Made by a program: the position numbers and the translations under genes
Shown: one piece after another, positions 35,213 through 47,935 of the stretch
Layout of the letters: each line of letters starts with the position of its first letter
How positions within the stretch are numbered: position 1 is the first letter of the stretch
Notes under the pieces: generated by a model
The model's input: the letters and a program-made list of their open reading frames with translations, nothing else
Told to the model about the DNA's origin: nothing
Database searches by the model: none
Source: Callorhinchus milii
Taxonomy: Eukaryota
Direction of reading: 5' to 3'
Assembly: GCF_018977255.1 (NCBI RefSeq)
Contig: NW_024704742.1
Coordinates: 21,578,001 to 21,642,000, forward strand
Length of the DNA: 64,000 nt

Positions 35213-36269
35213 ATCTCCCCAGTAATGAAAACATAATAACCTCTTATTTATCTTTACGCTACAAAACATTATTAAAGGAGTTCTCTGCCAGTTGCTAACT
35301 TTTGGCAACAGTTTCTCACATGCAAGGGAACTGGTACCCTTGGGGCTTTATTCTCCTAACCACCTCCCCTTTCCAAAGAGAGCGCGTTGAACTGCACAGT
35401 GCTCTGCAATGTTAATAAATGTTTTGCAAAGCACGAGCAGAATGAGCACCATAACAAAGGTACCCCTTCAATAGGTTAGCAGCCTGCCTGGGGTTAAATT
35501 ATTTTGCTATGCAAACTGAATACTGCAAGCAAAGGCCAGAAGACGTTAAAGATACTCTTTGCATTTTCTTTGTAGTTACATAGTCATTGTGGTCCTGGTC
35601 AGAAATGTTCCATGGAGAACACCTACAAAGTTTCGATTTTTCATGGTATTAAGAATTTTCATGCAGTTTAACACAAAGGAAGGGCTGAATGAATGCCTTT
35701 ATACTGGCTTTGAACAGTAATAAATTTTGATGAAAAACCTCCCACCCCTGCAGACCGTCTTAATCTGTTTTCAGGAACACTCATCTGATGACTTTTAGGA
35801 GGCACTGTGGGACCCCGCAGGATACCAGACAGAGAACAAAACTTCAGGACTTTTATGCGTGAGCACAGTTTGATTTTCCTGAAATTTCATTCAAATGGTT
35901 TCCACCAAGACAACAAAAAAGTGCCGTAAAAGAAAATAAAACAATCATCATCACGTATTATTTCTTTTACTCCGTGGCTACCACAATGGTTTGTATTAAG
36001 AACTATAGGGCTTCATTTTGCCTACATTGATGTGGGTTCTTTGTCATAGCAATCCAACCAGCAAGCATTCCCACTTTCGGTATTATTCTTTGACAATCTA
36101 TCATTTGGTCCCAAATTGCTATTTCTCAGTACTTTCATGTATCTCAATTAGACTGAATATGTGCATTAAAGAATCTCTGCTACGCTGGCAGCACCCAAAT
36201 AGTAAATTTCGCCACATGTCATTGAATCACAAACTGCAAGGCTATCGTATGGGTGGCTCGACACCAGGG

Positions 36270-36510
36270 CTTTCAGCTATTGGACTCTTCTGGTGAAAGC
36301 AGACACCTCTTAAACAACACAATTCGCAAAGAGAAATGAGTTTCTCCCCGTGTCCTGGCTAATATGCTCCAAATAAATTGATCATCCTCCTCATGGCTGC
36401 TTGTGGGTTCTTGCCGACACAACCAACTGCTGTGTTGGCCTACAAAATCAGTTACTACACTAACATTAATTACTTTTGAAGCTCTTCGAAACTTTTGATG
36501 TGATAAAAAA
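36270..36510 (+). mobile_element. Degraded family B SINE
   Basis: gagtttctccccgtgtcctggc..ataaattgatcat. Confidence 0.55.
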
Positions 36511-36777
36511 AAGTGCTGTCTAAGTCTGGTTCTGTATAAGAAAGGAATGAGAAAAAAGTATCTGAACTCAGAAATTCCTTAAGAATGAAATATGAATTAC
36601 CTGAAAGCAAAGGAGATGCCCCCTTGCCCCCGACACTCAAGTTTCACATGCACCCCTAGCCCCCCCCAAAAAAACCATTACCATCCCATCATCACGGGGC
36701 CTCGAAGCTGACCTTCACGAAGCTGGTTGGACATTTTGACTTTCGGCTCACAGATCAAGACTTCCTTTCCTATGGTG

Positions 36778-36845
36778 ATGCACATGGAAACCCATCACCA
36801 TGCCTAAAAGTATCCAAACCAGACTGCGAGTTCCACACATGCAGG
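36778..36845 (-). repeat. Dispersed repeat D fragment
   Basis: ggaaacccatcaccatgcctaaaagtatccaaaccagactg. Confidence 0.7.
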
Positions 36846-36949
36846 CCACCTAGGAGTGAATATTGCTCTGTTTCTCTTTACTTACCATTTGATTTGCAGT
36901 TAGTGGATCGCTGAGCATTCTGTTTATCATAAACATGTGATCCTGCTGA

Positions 36950-37570
36950 CCAGCAGTTCAAAGTAACAATCCACAAGTCAAATGTGTGACTTGGCTTCAC
37001 AGTCATCAGCATCGAGAACATCTCCAGATAATTCTTATTGGATACATAAGGAATTTCTTAATTTAGACTGTGACTTAGACCCCAAAGTGATTCAGACCTT
37101 CGGATTATATCAAACCACGTCCAAGCTGCTGTGTGACAAATTTTTGTTATCAATTTGCTGAGCAAAGTTCTGAAAAGTTTCCCAAAGGTAAATAGAGTCA
37201 AATTTCTATTCACCCTAACTTTCTAGATTCTATTATATAGTCTACACCAGCTGGCTTTTCTCGGTATATCATTTATTTCCAAGATATCTCTAAAATGAAG
37301 AAATATTGTTGATAATCGTCATTCACTATCCATTTACAATTCTGAATCTCTCGCAAGATAATCATCCACCTTGTCTTCAAAGATATCAATGGAAAGGATG
37401 GCAAATGATACATCTAGATTTTACCCACGCTTATTCTTTTAGATCTAACTAAACATTTTTGGGGTGAAGTTCTAAGCTACCCAGGACTACTCTATCTTGG
37501 TATCACTGTTACCATGTTTGTGAGATCTGCAAAAGGATTTGTCGCTCATGAATTTGGCAGGTACCAAGTG
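36950..37570 (+). mobile_element. Fossil RTE-like LINE ORF2 C-terminal remnant
   Basis: HVCEICKRICRS*I at about 37513-37554 resembles the CxxCxRxCRSRIG end of RTE ORF2; upstream DNRHSLSIYNSE resembles RTE D.R.PK..FYSE. Confidence 0.4.
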
Positions 37571-37979
37571 TACCTCGGGCTGACCTTCCAGAACTCCAGG
37601 ATGTCAACCTCCTACCAGGCACCAGATTTCTTTGGTTACAATCCAGGTCTGTGAAGTCAGAACTGAGTTTGTTACTTGAGCAGCATTTCAAAGGATCATT
37701 CTCAAACATATCCAACTATCTACGGGATTTGTTACTTACAACTCCTTCTTTGAGTCACTCAAAGTAGACTCCAAAAAGAGGGAACAGAGTAGGCAGCCCA
37801 AATGTGGAGTGGACAGATTTGCAATTTAAGGAAGAGGAACTTATTGGATTGAATCTCGTTCCATGTTGAGATTGCTAGTTCCAAGGAAGGCTAAATTGGC
37901 CCCATCTTTCCCAGGTTTAGACCAGAATTAAGTTATTAATTAATTATTAATTAAGAATTAAGAATGAAGTTAAGAGGCG

Positions 37980-38160
37980 CAAACCAGCCAGGACTCCTGC
38001 TCCCTTTATAATACCCTCTACTGATTTATACATGTGTGCAGCAGGAGGTGAGGAGAAGTCAGACTCAGCCATGATGTTCTCTACAGTTGAGTATCCTGCT
38101 GACATGTGAATCATGGCCACTTGGGTGGGATATCACAGGGCAACCAGCTCCAGTAGAACC
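37980..38160 (+). repeat. Unnamed dispersed repeat C
   Basis: Reverse-complement similarity to 51855-52010 and 59690-59910; orientation is relative only. Confidence 0.5.
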
Positions 38161-38689
38161 ACATGTCAGTAAAAGGTGGTAGACAAAGAGCAGAGAGGGA
38201 AGTGCCGGAGGCGAGAAAATTAGAAAAAAAATTGGACGTACTAAATTAATTAGAGTGCATGTGGCAGAATATAATTGATAACATGCCATTCCTACTCTCC
38301 TGCAGCTCACCTCTTAGATCCCTAAGAGCCCAATTTTCTCTGTGGGGTATACAAGCAGAATGCTTTGTAAAATATTGTTAAAAAAAAACTTTGGACCCAC
38401 ACACTATGGACCCAACTCTCACACTGTGTTCCATTTCCTACCACGCTTGGGTACATAGTTGGTGAAAATTAATGAAAAAATAGGCAAAGTAAACAGGTTA
38501 TCTATAAGCACACTGTGCTTATAGATGTTGGAATCATACTTGACAATATACATAGCTCGGCCTGTTCTAGCAGGTTTCCTTCTGCATGTGTTTGAACAAT
38601 GCAAACTAAATTATGCAAAGACTTTGGTTTCAAACACCATGTGTTAAAGAAGCTGCTCACTTCCAAACCCTAAATCAAAAACTGATGAA

Positions 38690-39010
38690 ATCAATCATTG
38701 GAAAGAAAATGAAAAGTTATTGGTATAAAAATAACCTAACAATTGACAGCCAACATAGTTTTTGGAGCGATCTGACAAATCCATTGAACTTTCTGAGGAG
38801 GTGATAATCCTAATTGATTGTGGGAAGCCATATGATATAGTGTAGCTAGACTTAGACAAAACTGTAAAGAGTTACCCCGAAAAGTGGTTGGGATACAGGA
38901 ACCTGGACTCATTCACAAAACAGCTTGATGCTGTATTGGGAGGATGGTAAATTTGGTATTCTGAGAGAATAAGATTAAATGGGTTGAAGGTTTTCTTCAT
39001 CCAATTTAGT
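38690..39010 (+). mobile_element. CR1 RT fragment joined to CR1 3' end
   Basis: DSQHSF..LTN, DIV.LD, then KQLD and CR1 3' UTR. Confidence 0.7.
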
Positions 39011-39457
39011 CTTCAATGCAACCTCGGGTTCTCTCATGTACAGATCTTGTGACTCAAACCCTTATTTTCTGGCCTGAAAATGATACATTTTAAACAATTA
39101 CATTCTCTTACGCTGGTAATAACTAAAGATGCTAAAAGTCAGTGTGAAAGACTCCAGTGGATTCAATGTTTCGGGTCTGAACAGAATCAAGAAGTCTGAG
39201 TATGGACACCTTCTGATAACTGGAAGTGCAACACAAAGATCAACTCAACTCGAGGCAACAGCACTCTGAAATAGATTGATTTGAAACAAATCAGCATCAA
39301 GAACTTCCGGAGTCCTTGATTTAAAAATCTCTCATTTAGAAATATTGCAAAATTGTATTTAAGAATTTGATCTGAGCATACCTAAACCGCATACACAGAA
39401 ACAAATGTTTTATTGCACCCGTAGAGGAGCAAAACAGTTAAAACGGTTTATTCAGTA

Positions 39458-39905
39458 ATAATAATAATCCTTGCATTTGATGCAGCACATTATCAGATCT
39501 CCGAGATGTTACAACATGCGAAGGGTACTGTAGTAACCACTTGTTATTATCACATGGATGAAACGACTCAAAGTGGTTCACACGATTTTACTGTTAAGTA
39601 TATTTGTAGGCGAACGTAACAGCAAATTTAGACACAGCAATGGCCCGCAAACAGCCAAGAAGTGAAGTAAATTTTAATTGGGGGAATATTGGGAGAAGCT
39701 CCTTTCTCTTTCCAAATAGTGCCATGGGATCTTTTACATTCACCTGAACAGGCAGACAGGACTTAATTTTAAAAGGACAGCGTCACTGATAAAGCAGCAT
39801 TGCACCAGAGTGTCAGCCAAGACCTATGAGCTCAAAGTCTTGATGTGGAGCTTGAATCTACAATCTTCTGACTTAGAGGTGAGAATGCTGAGCCAAGCTG
39901 ACACC
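39458..39905 (-). mobile_element. Family B SINE with an extra tail fragment
   Basis: Two tails in tandem, then Deu core and head. Confidence 0.8.
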
Positions 39906-40804
39906 TGGGTCGAGAGTCAATCTAGCTCCAGGTGGAATCTACCCCCAGCACTGTGATTTGAATCAGGCGAAACTCTTGAGCATTGCACACAAGGCTAAAT
40001 TGTCTCTTGTTCTTCAATGAAAGCCAAACTTATTGAAATTTTTCTGTCTGGGGTAACAGTCAAATAATTTGTATAACATATCTGTGTTTTTGTTACTTGT
40101 CAACTAGTAATGTGTGATATTTCTTAATTTGGTTGGTATTTTGAATAATTGACATTCATTGTATTTTATCAAATTAACATTTCTACCAATATTAACAGAC
40201 TATACATCAGTTTTAGTATATACAGAACATAAGTCATGGCAACTGTTACTGTTTCAGTCAGAAATGTAACTATACATTTAACTGCAACGTATATACAAAG
40301 CCAAGGTTAACTTTTACAATGTGTCATCTAAAAGCAATTGTAAGCATTTTAGGGAGTCAATGGAAATGAACGTTTATATATCTTGCATTCCATCATTTCA
40401 CTGCTACTCAGACAGTGTTACTTAACATGGGATCTGTACCATACAAGGCCATGTTTCACTGCTTAGTTTCCTAGCAAAATGGTTTTCAAAAATAAATGTT
40501 CAATTGTCCATTTACACTAACTTTGACCTGTTATCCTAAAGGTCATATGACCCCAGGGTTTATCCGCTGCCTGGTTATTTTGTACCAGACCAGGAATGCC
40601 CTCTTGTTGTGATTTTATGCCTTGGCTTCGAACAGAAACCATCAGTTTACAGCTAAATGCTTAGTTTAACAAATTCTGAGACTAATTATCTTTATGATAA
40701 TAATGCAGTATTGTGCAGACTCTGTTTTTAATTTTGTATTTTTCATATTATTGCTCTGGACAATCTTTCAGTTGTGTAGTTCTGTACTGTACAAGTGAGT
40801 CCTG

Positions 40805-41095
40805 CAGATTAGATATTGAACCCAGGCCAGGCTGCCTGTTCAGGTGGGTTAAAATCCCATGGCACTTCTCGAAAAGAGAAGGGGATTTCTCCTGGTGCCC
40901 TGGCTATAAATCCCCCAAATAAAATTGGTCATTCACTTCATACTTGATTTGGGACCTGTTGTGAGATTGTGCGCATATTGGATATCACATTAGCCCATAT
41001 AATATAGTCACTGTGTTTCACAGGAAATCCTGTAAAGCACTTTAAAGTGTCCCCCTGATGTGAAATGCATTATATCAAATGCAAAGATTAGCATT
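40805..41095 (+). mobile_element. Family B SINE, 5'-truncated
   Basis: ctgttcaggtgggttaaaatcccatggcac..tail. Confidence 0.8.
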
Positions 41096-41309
41096 ATTTC
41101 TTTTTATTAAGGGGAGAGAGATTTCAATTCAATACATTTCTAACATTAAGCATATGATATTCACCTACATGTTAAGAATTTAGGAGCTGAAAAAGATTCA
41201 GGTTTCATGCTTGAATCACTGAGCATTTCCATTTGTGTCATTTCCAGTTGTGTTTTTCAAGAAGAAAAGTAAGGTATGTTGAAATAGAAATTAAGTAATT
41301 TAGTAAGTT

Positions 41310-41835
41310 GCTGCTGCTCAAACTCTCATTCATACGTTCGTCATCTCCCGTCTCAATTTTTCCAATTCATTCCTCATTGATCTCCCCAGCAACATTATTA
41401 ACCAAGATCCAAATGATTTAAAACTCTGCCACTGTGTCCTCACCCACACAAGGCCCCGCATCCCCATCACCTTAGTTCTTGCCTAGCTCCACTGGCTCCC
41501 TGTCACACAACAAATCAATTTCAAGATCCTCACTCTCACTTTCAAATCTCTTCCTGCCCTGGCACCTCCCTACCTCTCTAATCTGCTCATACCTCACTCC
41601 TCTACCAACTACCATCGATCAGCTAGCTCCCAATCTTCTGTGTATCCCTCATCCCATCAGCTCCACAATTGTCTTGTCCCCTCTTAGCTCATTTTAAATT
41701 CATACCCGAAGACTTGAACTGCGCCTTCGGAAATGTCCCCTACCTTTCAGACTTATCATCAAGCCATGACGCTGCTCAGAGCTCTGAGACCCTACTCACG
41801 TGAAGGGTGCTATATAAATGCTATTTGCTGTTGTG
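41310..41835 (+). mobile_element. Degraded L2 LINE 3' part
   Basis: ctccactggctccc..tttcaagatcctc; L2 tail. Confidence 0.75.
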
Positions 41836-42301
41836 TTATTGTTGATGGATCACATACCTCCCCAATCGATAATTTATTAGCCATCAAAGTGATCCTTCTA
41901 TTCCTTGATTGAAGGTTGAATCCTTCAAGCATTTCAGTAGGATTAGCTACTTAGCGTCACTGAGCTATAACAAAAGGCACAGTAGCCTGTTACAGTAAAG
42001 CTAGCGTATGAAAGTGCACACAAAGAAAATTATACGTCTACAATGAATAAGCCCTACAAGACATTATTTTATTGTCGCCTATATTCGCTTGGCCTTAATT
42101 AATAAATGTTGAATGTGTAATGATCATGTTCAAGTTTCTGAGCAACAGCCAGCACTAATAGAATCATCGCAAGTTCCTTCTGCCTACATAAAAGGAGTAG
42201 GCAGGACCACCCTCTGTCACCACTGTTATCTGACCTGAGATTAGCACTCTTGCATCAATGGACATCAAAGCCTCAGTATTATACTTTACAATCAGAATCC
42301 A

Positions 42302-42480
42302 TTTTTTTTGTCAGCCGAGTGTCTTTTACATGCGGAAACTCATTACCACGCTTAAGAATATCCAAACCAAACTGAGATTTCCGTGCATCCCACCTACACA
42401 TGGAAATTCCAGAGACAGATTGTTGAAATGCAAAGCATACTCTCTCCCTGGAAGGACAATCAGCATCCAGAAAAATGGTA
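42302..42480 (-). repeat. Dispersed repeat D
   Basis: Close match to 60655-60830. Confidence 0.8.
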
Positions 42481-43289
42481 TACATTGACTACCATATCCT
42501 GTTTTTCTTGAACTTTTCTATGTCATTACCTATTGTGGGAGTTGGGTGGCCATTTCGATTACAGGAATAATTGAGGCACAATTCATCTTTTCTAATTTCT
42601 TTCCCTGAACATATAGTTTTCTTTCATTTTATTGGGGACATTAAGAGATCTGACAAATTGGTGTTACATTTTTGCTTCCTTAGAGAATGAGGTTGGCCTA
42701 AATCCAATGTACCTTCGCCACAAATCCGAGAAGTTTGCAATGTTGGCAAGAATTTGCTTCTAGGTATGGATTGGCATGACACCAGTCTAAGTTCAGTTTA
42801 AAAAAAAAACTTTACGGTTGTTATGTTCATGTGATGGAATCACAACCTCCATGTCTCTCAAATTTTTCTTTTTCGTCACTGTACCTCAGAAATTCACCAC
42901 CACTTTCCAAGGTCCACCTGCTCTCTTCACATCTTTGAGATTTCCATACTGTCTTCATATTTATGACATTGTCCTACAATCCATCTCCCTTAGAATTCAC
43001 ATGCAACTCTAACCACTTCTTCCAGCAAATCTCTGCTTCAAACCAGTCTCATACTAGAGTGTTCACAAAGTCCTGTTACCTCCTGTTTTTCTTACAGTGT
43101 TGTTTATATTTTCTGTTGCAGATGATTTGAGTGTAACAATGTGTGATACCAGTAACAACATAATCAAGGAACATGTTGTGGTCAGTACCTGGGTCCATGA
43201 ACTTCCGAGGACCGGAAAGACAATATAAAATGTGGAAAGTGATTTTAAGGAACAATTCCAAAAAGTGGCTCCCCTAAAATGACTCAGTT

Positions 43290-43361
43290 ACAATGCTTTG
43301 AGATGTCTCAAAGACGTGATAAGGCACTATATCAAATGCAAGGATTATTATTATTATTATT
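43290..43361 (+). mobile_element. SINE tail fragment
   Basis: Shared tail and (TTA)n. Confidence 0.8.
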
Positions 43362-43367
43362 AAGTCC

Positions 43368-43684
43368 ATTCACCATCCAAGGATGTACACTCCACCTTAC
43401 TAAGCCAGTCCAGAACCGTGGCGTCTTGTTTGACCCTCAACTCTCCTTTCTATCCCGCATCCGTGTCATGACCCACTCTTCCTTTCCCTTCCTCCACAAC
43501 ATCGCCTGGCTTCGCCACTATGTCACACAGGTTGCCAAAATCCTTATACATGCATTCATAACATCCAGGCTTGACTATGCAAACTCCTTGTTTGTTGGCC
43601 TCCCCAACTCTTCCCTTGTCCGGCACCTTGGGATGTCCTCCCAACATGAAAGGCGCTATACAAATGTAATTTTGTTGTTGTTGT
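43368..43684 (+). mobile_element. Internally deleted L2 LINE
   Basis: TIQGCTLHLTKPVQN..TSRLDYANSL joined directly to the tail. Confidence 0.85.
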
Positions 43685-44029
43685 AAGTACATCTAAATAC
43701 AATTGTCATCATTCTTCCAAGTGTTTCAGTTGTTGGTCATTGCACGGTAGAAGAAAAACACGGGGGTAACAGGATTTTGTGAACTCCCTGTAGATGTCGT
43801 CTTCATAACCACACTAATTCCCTACGGTCAAGAATCTTTCCCTCCTCCACAACTGGGGTTGCTCTTCCTCCAACTCAATACTGTAGTTTGGGAATTCTTG
43901 ATCATATAGGATTGTTACCTTGCTCTGGAAATCTCTGGTTGATATCGGGGTCCAATTTCCAACATTTCATAACAGAAAAAGGAGTCTCAGTACTTGCAAA
44001 TGGAGAATTATTCCAGGAACCATTAAGAA

Positions 44030-44147
44030 TAAGAATAATCCTTGCATTTGATATAGCGCCTCATCAGGTCTTCAAGACATCTCAAAGCTCTTTACAGAGT
44101 ATACTGTAAAGTGAATTGACTGTATATTTATATTTTGTGGGCGAAAT
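44030..44147 (-). mobile_element. SINE tail fragment
   Basis: Reverse complement of the shared tail. Confidence 0.8.
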
Positions 44148-44489
44148 GCATCACACCAACATCTCAGGATCCAAGGATGTACACTCCCATGCAATCATCT
44201 TCCTGAGTAGAGGTTCTTTGAGTGGACTAGGAATTTGATTATGAAGGTAGTTCTTTTCTTTAATTTTGACGCTGATATTTTATATAATAGCTGCTTGGTT
44301 CCTTGTAATAAATGGCTTCCAAATTGCAACTGAATTTAAAGTATGTTCTACAATTTTGCATGATCTTAAATTTGAAGACAAATTGGTATTACAGGGTAAC
44401 ATGAATGGAATGGTGGCTGGAGAGATAGAGGCAATGGATATGGGGTTTGGCCACCTTTTAGCATTCCAAATATTGTCAACTATTCTTTA

Positions 44490-44660
44490 GGATGGCTGCG
44501 TTGTTGAAGGTGCCATCCTGCAGATGTGATGTTTAACTGAGGTCCCATCTGCCTGTTCAGGTCATTGCATGACATTATTCGAAAATAGAAGAGAGTTGTT
44601 CTGGTGATCTTGGTCAACAATCCTGCAGGTAAATTGGTCATTCACTGCATGTCTGTAGTG
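44490..44660 (+). mobile_element. Family B Deu-core fragment
   Basis: gaaggtgccatcctgcagatgtgatgtttaactgaggtccc. Confidence 0.7.
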
Positions 44661-44689
44661 TAGCCCTTGCCTACATGTAGGTATAGTTT

Positions 44690-44928
44690 TGCAAATGGCA
44701 ATTTCAGAACAGATACCAGGAAGTTTTTCTTTATGCAGAGGATAATTAACGACTGAAACAGGTTGCCAGGAAAGGTGGTAGAGGCCAGGAACTAGACTCA
44801 TTTAAAAAACAGCTTGATGTAGTGATGAGGATTTCACTGGGGGGTGACAGGGTGGGTGTTCTCGAGGGATGAGATCGGATGAGCCAAAGGGCCTTCTTCA
44901 TCCAGACCAATCTTGTGATTTTGTGATC
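44690..44928 (+). mobile_element. CR1 LINE 3' end
   Basis: ggcaatttcagaacagata..tttaaaaaacagcttgatg; similar to 5240-5475. Confidence 0.8.
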
Positions 44929-46079
44929 TAGTGAGTTATCTCACCATTATACTATCAAAAAAGCTCCATCTGATGCCTATACCACAATCAGCATTTTCTC
45001 AATGCTGCAGCAGCTTTCAAAGTATTTCCATGAACACTTTAAAACCATATTCTGACATGAATTATTATGAAATTCCCAAGTTAATGATTCTGGACAGCAA
45101 GATCCAACAGGAAGAGAATACATTGCAAAATCACATACCATAACAACAATAATAATAACAATAATAATAATAAAACTTGCATTTGAAATAGCATTGAAAC
45201 ATCTCAAAGCTTACCAAAGGTAAATGATGTAAAGTACAGTACAGTAACTACATTTATAGGTCATAAAAGCTCAAAGTTCCCCTTTGACTATCCCCTGGTA
45301 GAAATGTGAATCTCTGCTGTTTTGTTTCATTTTCAAAGACTTTCCATTTCGAATGGCTCTTGATCTGTTGTATGGATCGGCCCCACAACTTAATAGCACT
45401 GCTTGGACATTTTGGGTCAGAATCATTTTCTTTTCCCTACTCTCCTCATGTTATTCCTCTTTTTCTTTCAGATCCATCCATCAGTTACCTCACTAGCTCT
45501 TTTACACCTGCAAGACCTCAGCAACTCCCAAGATTGATTGTTCATAACTGATGTTTCATACCTTGTTCATTCCTCGTTGTTAAAGTTTTGACCATTTTCC
45601 TGTTTGGATTTGGAATTTGTTTATTATATTGATTGGCTTTTTACCATCTGTATTTGTTAATGTTTTACTCTTACAAATCCTTTACAAATAAACAGGGCAA
45701 TAAAATGAGTTGTCCCTTAGGACAATGTTTTACCACCCAGTATTAAAGCTACAGCCCACAAGACTTTTGCAGTTGAGCAAACATTAAATTGTTTTTCATA
45801 GAAATTTTAACCACTAAAAATCGCATATATTTCCAATCTCCATGGACATTGAGATTCAGCCTCTACACATTACTGGAAAATGGTAATTAAACTGGTGCAG
45901 TGGTAATTGCCCATGGCTGTTTCTGCTAAATAATTTGCCTTCAATAATTTGCATTGTCACAATGAAGGTGTGTTTATCAACAGAGGTATAAAAAGTAAAG
46001 GTTTGGGGACTTTTACTGAAGAGATGAATGAAGAAGGTACTTTATCTCATTTGATCTCCTCATTGCTAAATAGCAGCCC

Positions 46080-46285
46080 TACCATCGTCCTAGTATTGTA
46101 TCAAGCTGATTCATAAATGTATCCAGTATCCTAGCCTGGACCATCTTTCCCGATAACCTGTTCCAGAAGTTGATTACCCACTGTGTGAAGAAATGCTTTC
46201 TGGTATCTGTCTCTGGGCTCCCACCCGGGTAGAGGACCCTATATAAATGCAAGTTGTTGTCTTAAAATTGCCCTTCCCAACTGCT
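46080..46285 (-). mobile_element. CR1 3' fragment with a nested 50-bp L2 tail (46211-46260, +)
   Basis: CR1 sequence resumes after the insert; tgtct at both junctions. Confidence 0.7.
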
Positions 46286-46349
46286 CACAAGTTGCTAGCA
46301 CCAAAGCCAATCCAAATACTGGACAACAATTTGAGGCCATTTGACTATA

Positions 46350-46455
46350 AATAATAATCCTTACATTTGGCACACACCTTTCATGTCAGGAAGCTCTCAT
46401 AGCATTTCACAGGATACACTGTAAAGTACAGTGACTGTGTGTTTTGTGGGTGAAA
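46350..46455 (-). mobile_element. SINE tail fragment
   Basis: Reverse complement of the shared tail. Confidence 0.7.
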
Positions 46456-46473
46456 AGAAGTTAAGCTTTGCAT

Positions 46474-46845
46474 GGAATCCTGTAGCTTAGTGGTTAGAAC
46501 ACTCACCTCGAAAGTGAGAGGACCTGGGTTTGATTCCCAGCAGAGCAAAACATTGGGCAAGTTTCCTTACTCTGCATGCCTCTGTTTACCTAGGAGTAAG
46601 TAGGAATCCAGTTGTTAGTCAATTAGTGGATCGCTTTTCCCGGCGTAATAATCCCTTAAAAAAATAATAATTTGGTCACTCAGTCTACAACTGTTTGTGG
46701 ACCACTACTGTTTGCAATTGGCTGCCACGATTCACCCACAAATATACAGCTAATTCACTTTACAGTATATTCTGTGAAGCATTTTGAGATGTCTTGAAGA
46801 CATGATAAAGTGCTATATCAAATGCTATATCAAGTATTATTATTA
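46474..46845 (+). mobile_element. SINE family A, full length
   Basis: Head, body and tail. Confidence 0.9.
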
Positions 46846-47235
46846 ATATTGCTGAACTGCGTGATTTCCTGCATTCTACCTTCAAAAGAACACTGTCTGT
46901 CAACCTTTCTCGATGTTTGTCCAGGTAGGACTATCCTACTCATTAGGAATTTGGCTTAGAGGACCTGAGTGGGAATAATTCCTGCCCTCAGTGACATAAA
47001 AAACATTAAGCATGGGAGATTGATGATAGAAGAGCAAGAAGAACCATTCTGTGGCTTAGAGGTTTATGTTTAAGAAGAGGCTCACAGAACTTAATTGTTT
47101 GCATTCAAAAAATATCGAAGAAGGAACTGATGAGAGGCATGAGATGCAGGTGTACGCAATTTACAAAAAAGTATGGGAAAATACTGAGTATGGTGCAGTC
47201 TAAAATTAATATAGACTTCACAGGATACATTGATT

Positions 47236-47425
47236 TAATAATAATCGTTGCATTTGATATCCTACCTTATCACATCAAAACTTCGCAAAGTTCATCACAA
47301 ATTTTTTCTATAAAATATTGTGATTATTTGTAGGTAGACGTGGCAGTCAATTTGCAATGTCCCACAAACAGTAAGGAGGTGAATGATCAATTTAACTGAA
47401 AAATTGGTGACCAGGACACCCAGAG
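47236..47425 (-). mobile_element. Family B 3' half
   Basis: Reverse complement from tail to ccaggacac. Confidence 0.65.
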
Positions 47426-47789
47426 CAACTGATTTCAATGTAGCTGGTGTTGAAGTGTGAGGGAGTTGTCTGGAATGATGAGGGCCAGGTTTGAATGGTA
47501 AAGATGTGACGATGGTAAAATATTTAAAATTTTGCCTGATGCCTCCTTGGGTTCCCCAGGGATTATCTAAACCAATCTTTTTGGTCGGCCAACCAAATTA
47601 ATTTTTCTTTGGTGAATTTTTCTTCATTTCTGGTTGCACCATGGGTATTGCGGCTCAGTAGCTACTGGAAACAAGGTATAGATTTGGTGCGGATCTGCCT
47701 GAACTAGTGCGGGTATTCATTGGGCCACTTCTTGACCCCTAAAAGTGGTCAGCGGGCCACTACATCACACTGGTGCGGTGGTCATTACC

Positions 47790-47935
47790 CACGTCTGTTT
47801 GTAGAACATTGCTGTGCACAATTGGCTGCTATGTTAGCCTACAAATACACAGTCACTCAACTTTACAGTATATCCTGTGAAGCTCTTTGAGATGTCCTTC
47901 TGATGAGAAAGCCAAATGTAAGGATTATTATTATT
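47790..47935 (+). mobile_element. SINE 3' fragment
   Basis: ctgtttgt..attgctgtgcacaattggctg..tail. Confidence 0.75.

Noticed and set aside
37383..37655. Endogenous viral or host coding fragment (about 70 open codons)
   Set aside because: No recognisable viral or host motif; another frame fits a decayed RTE-like LINE better.
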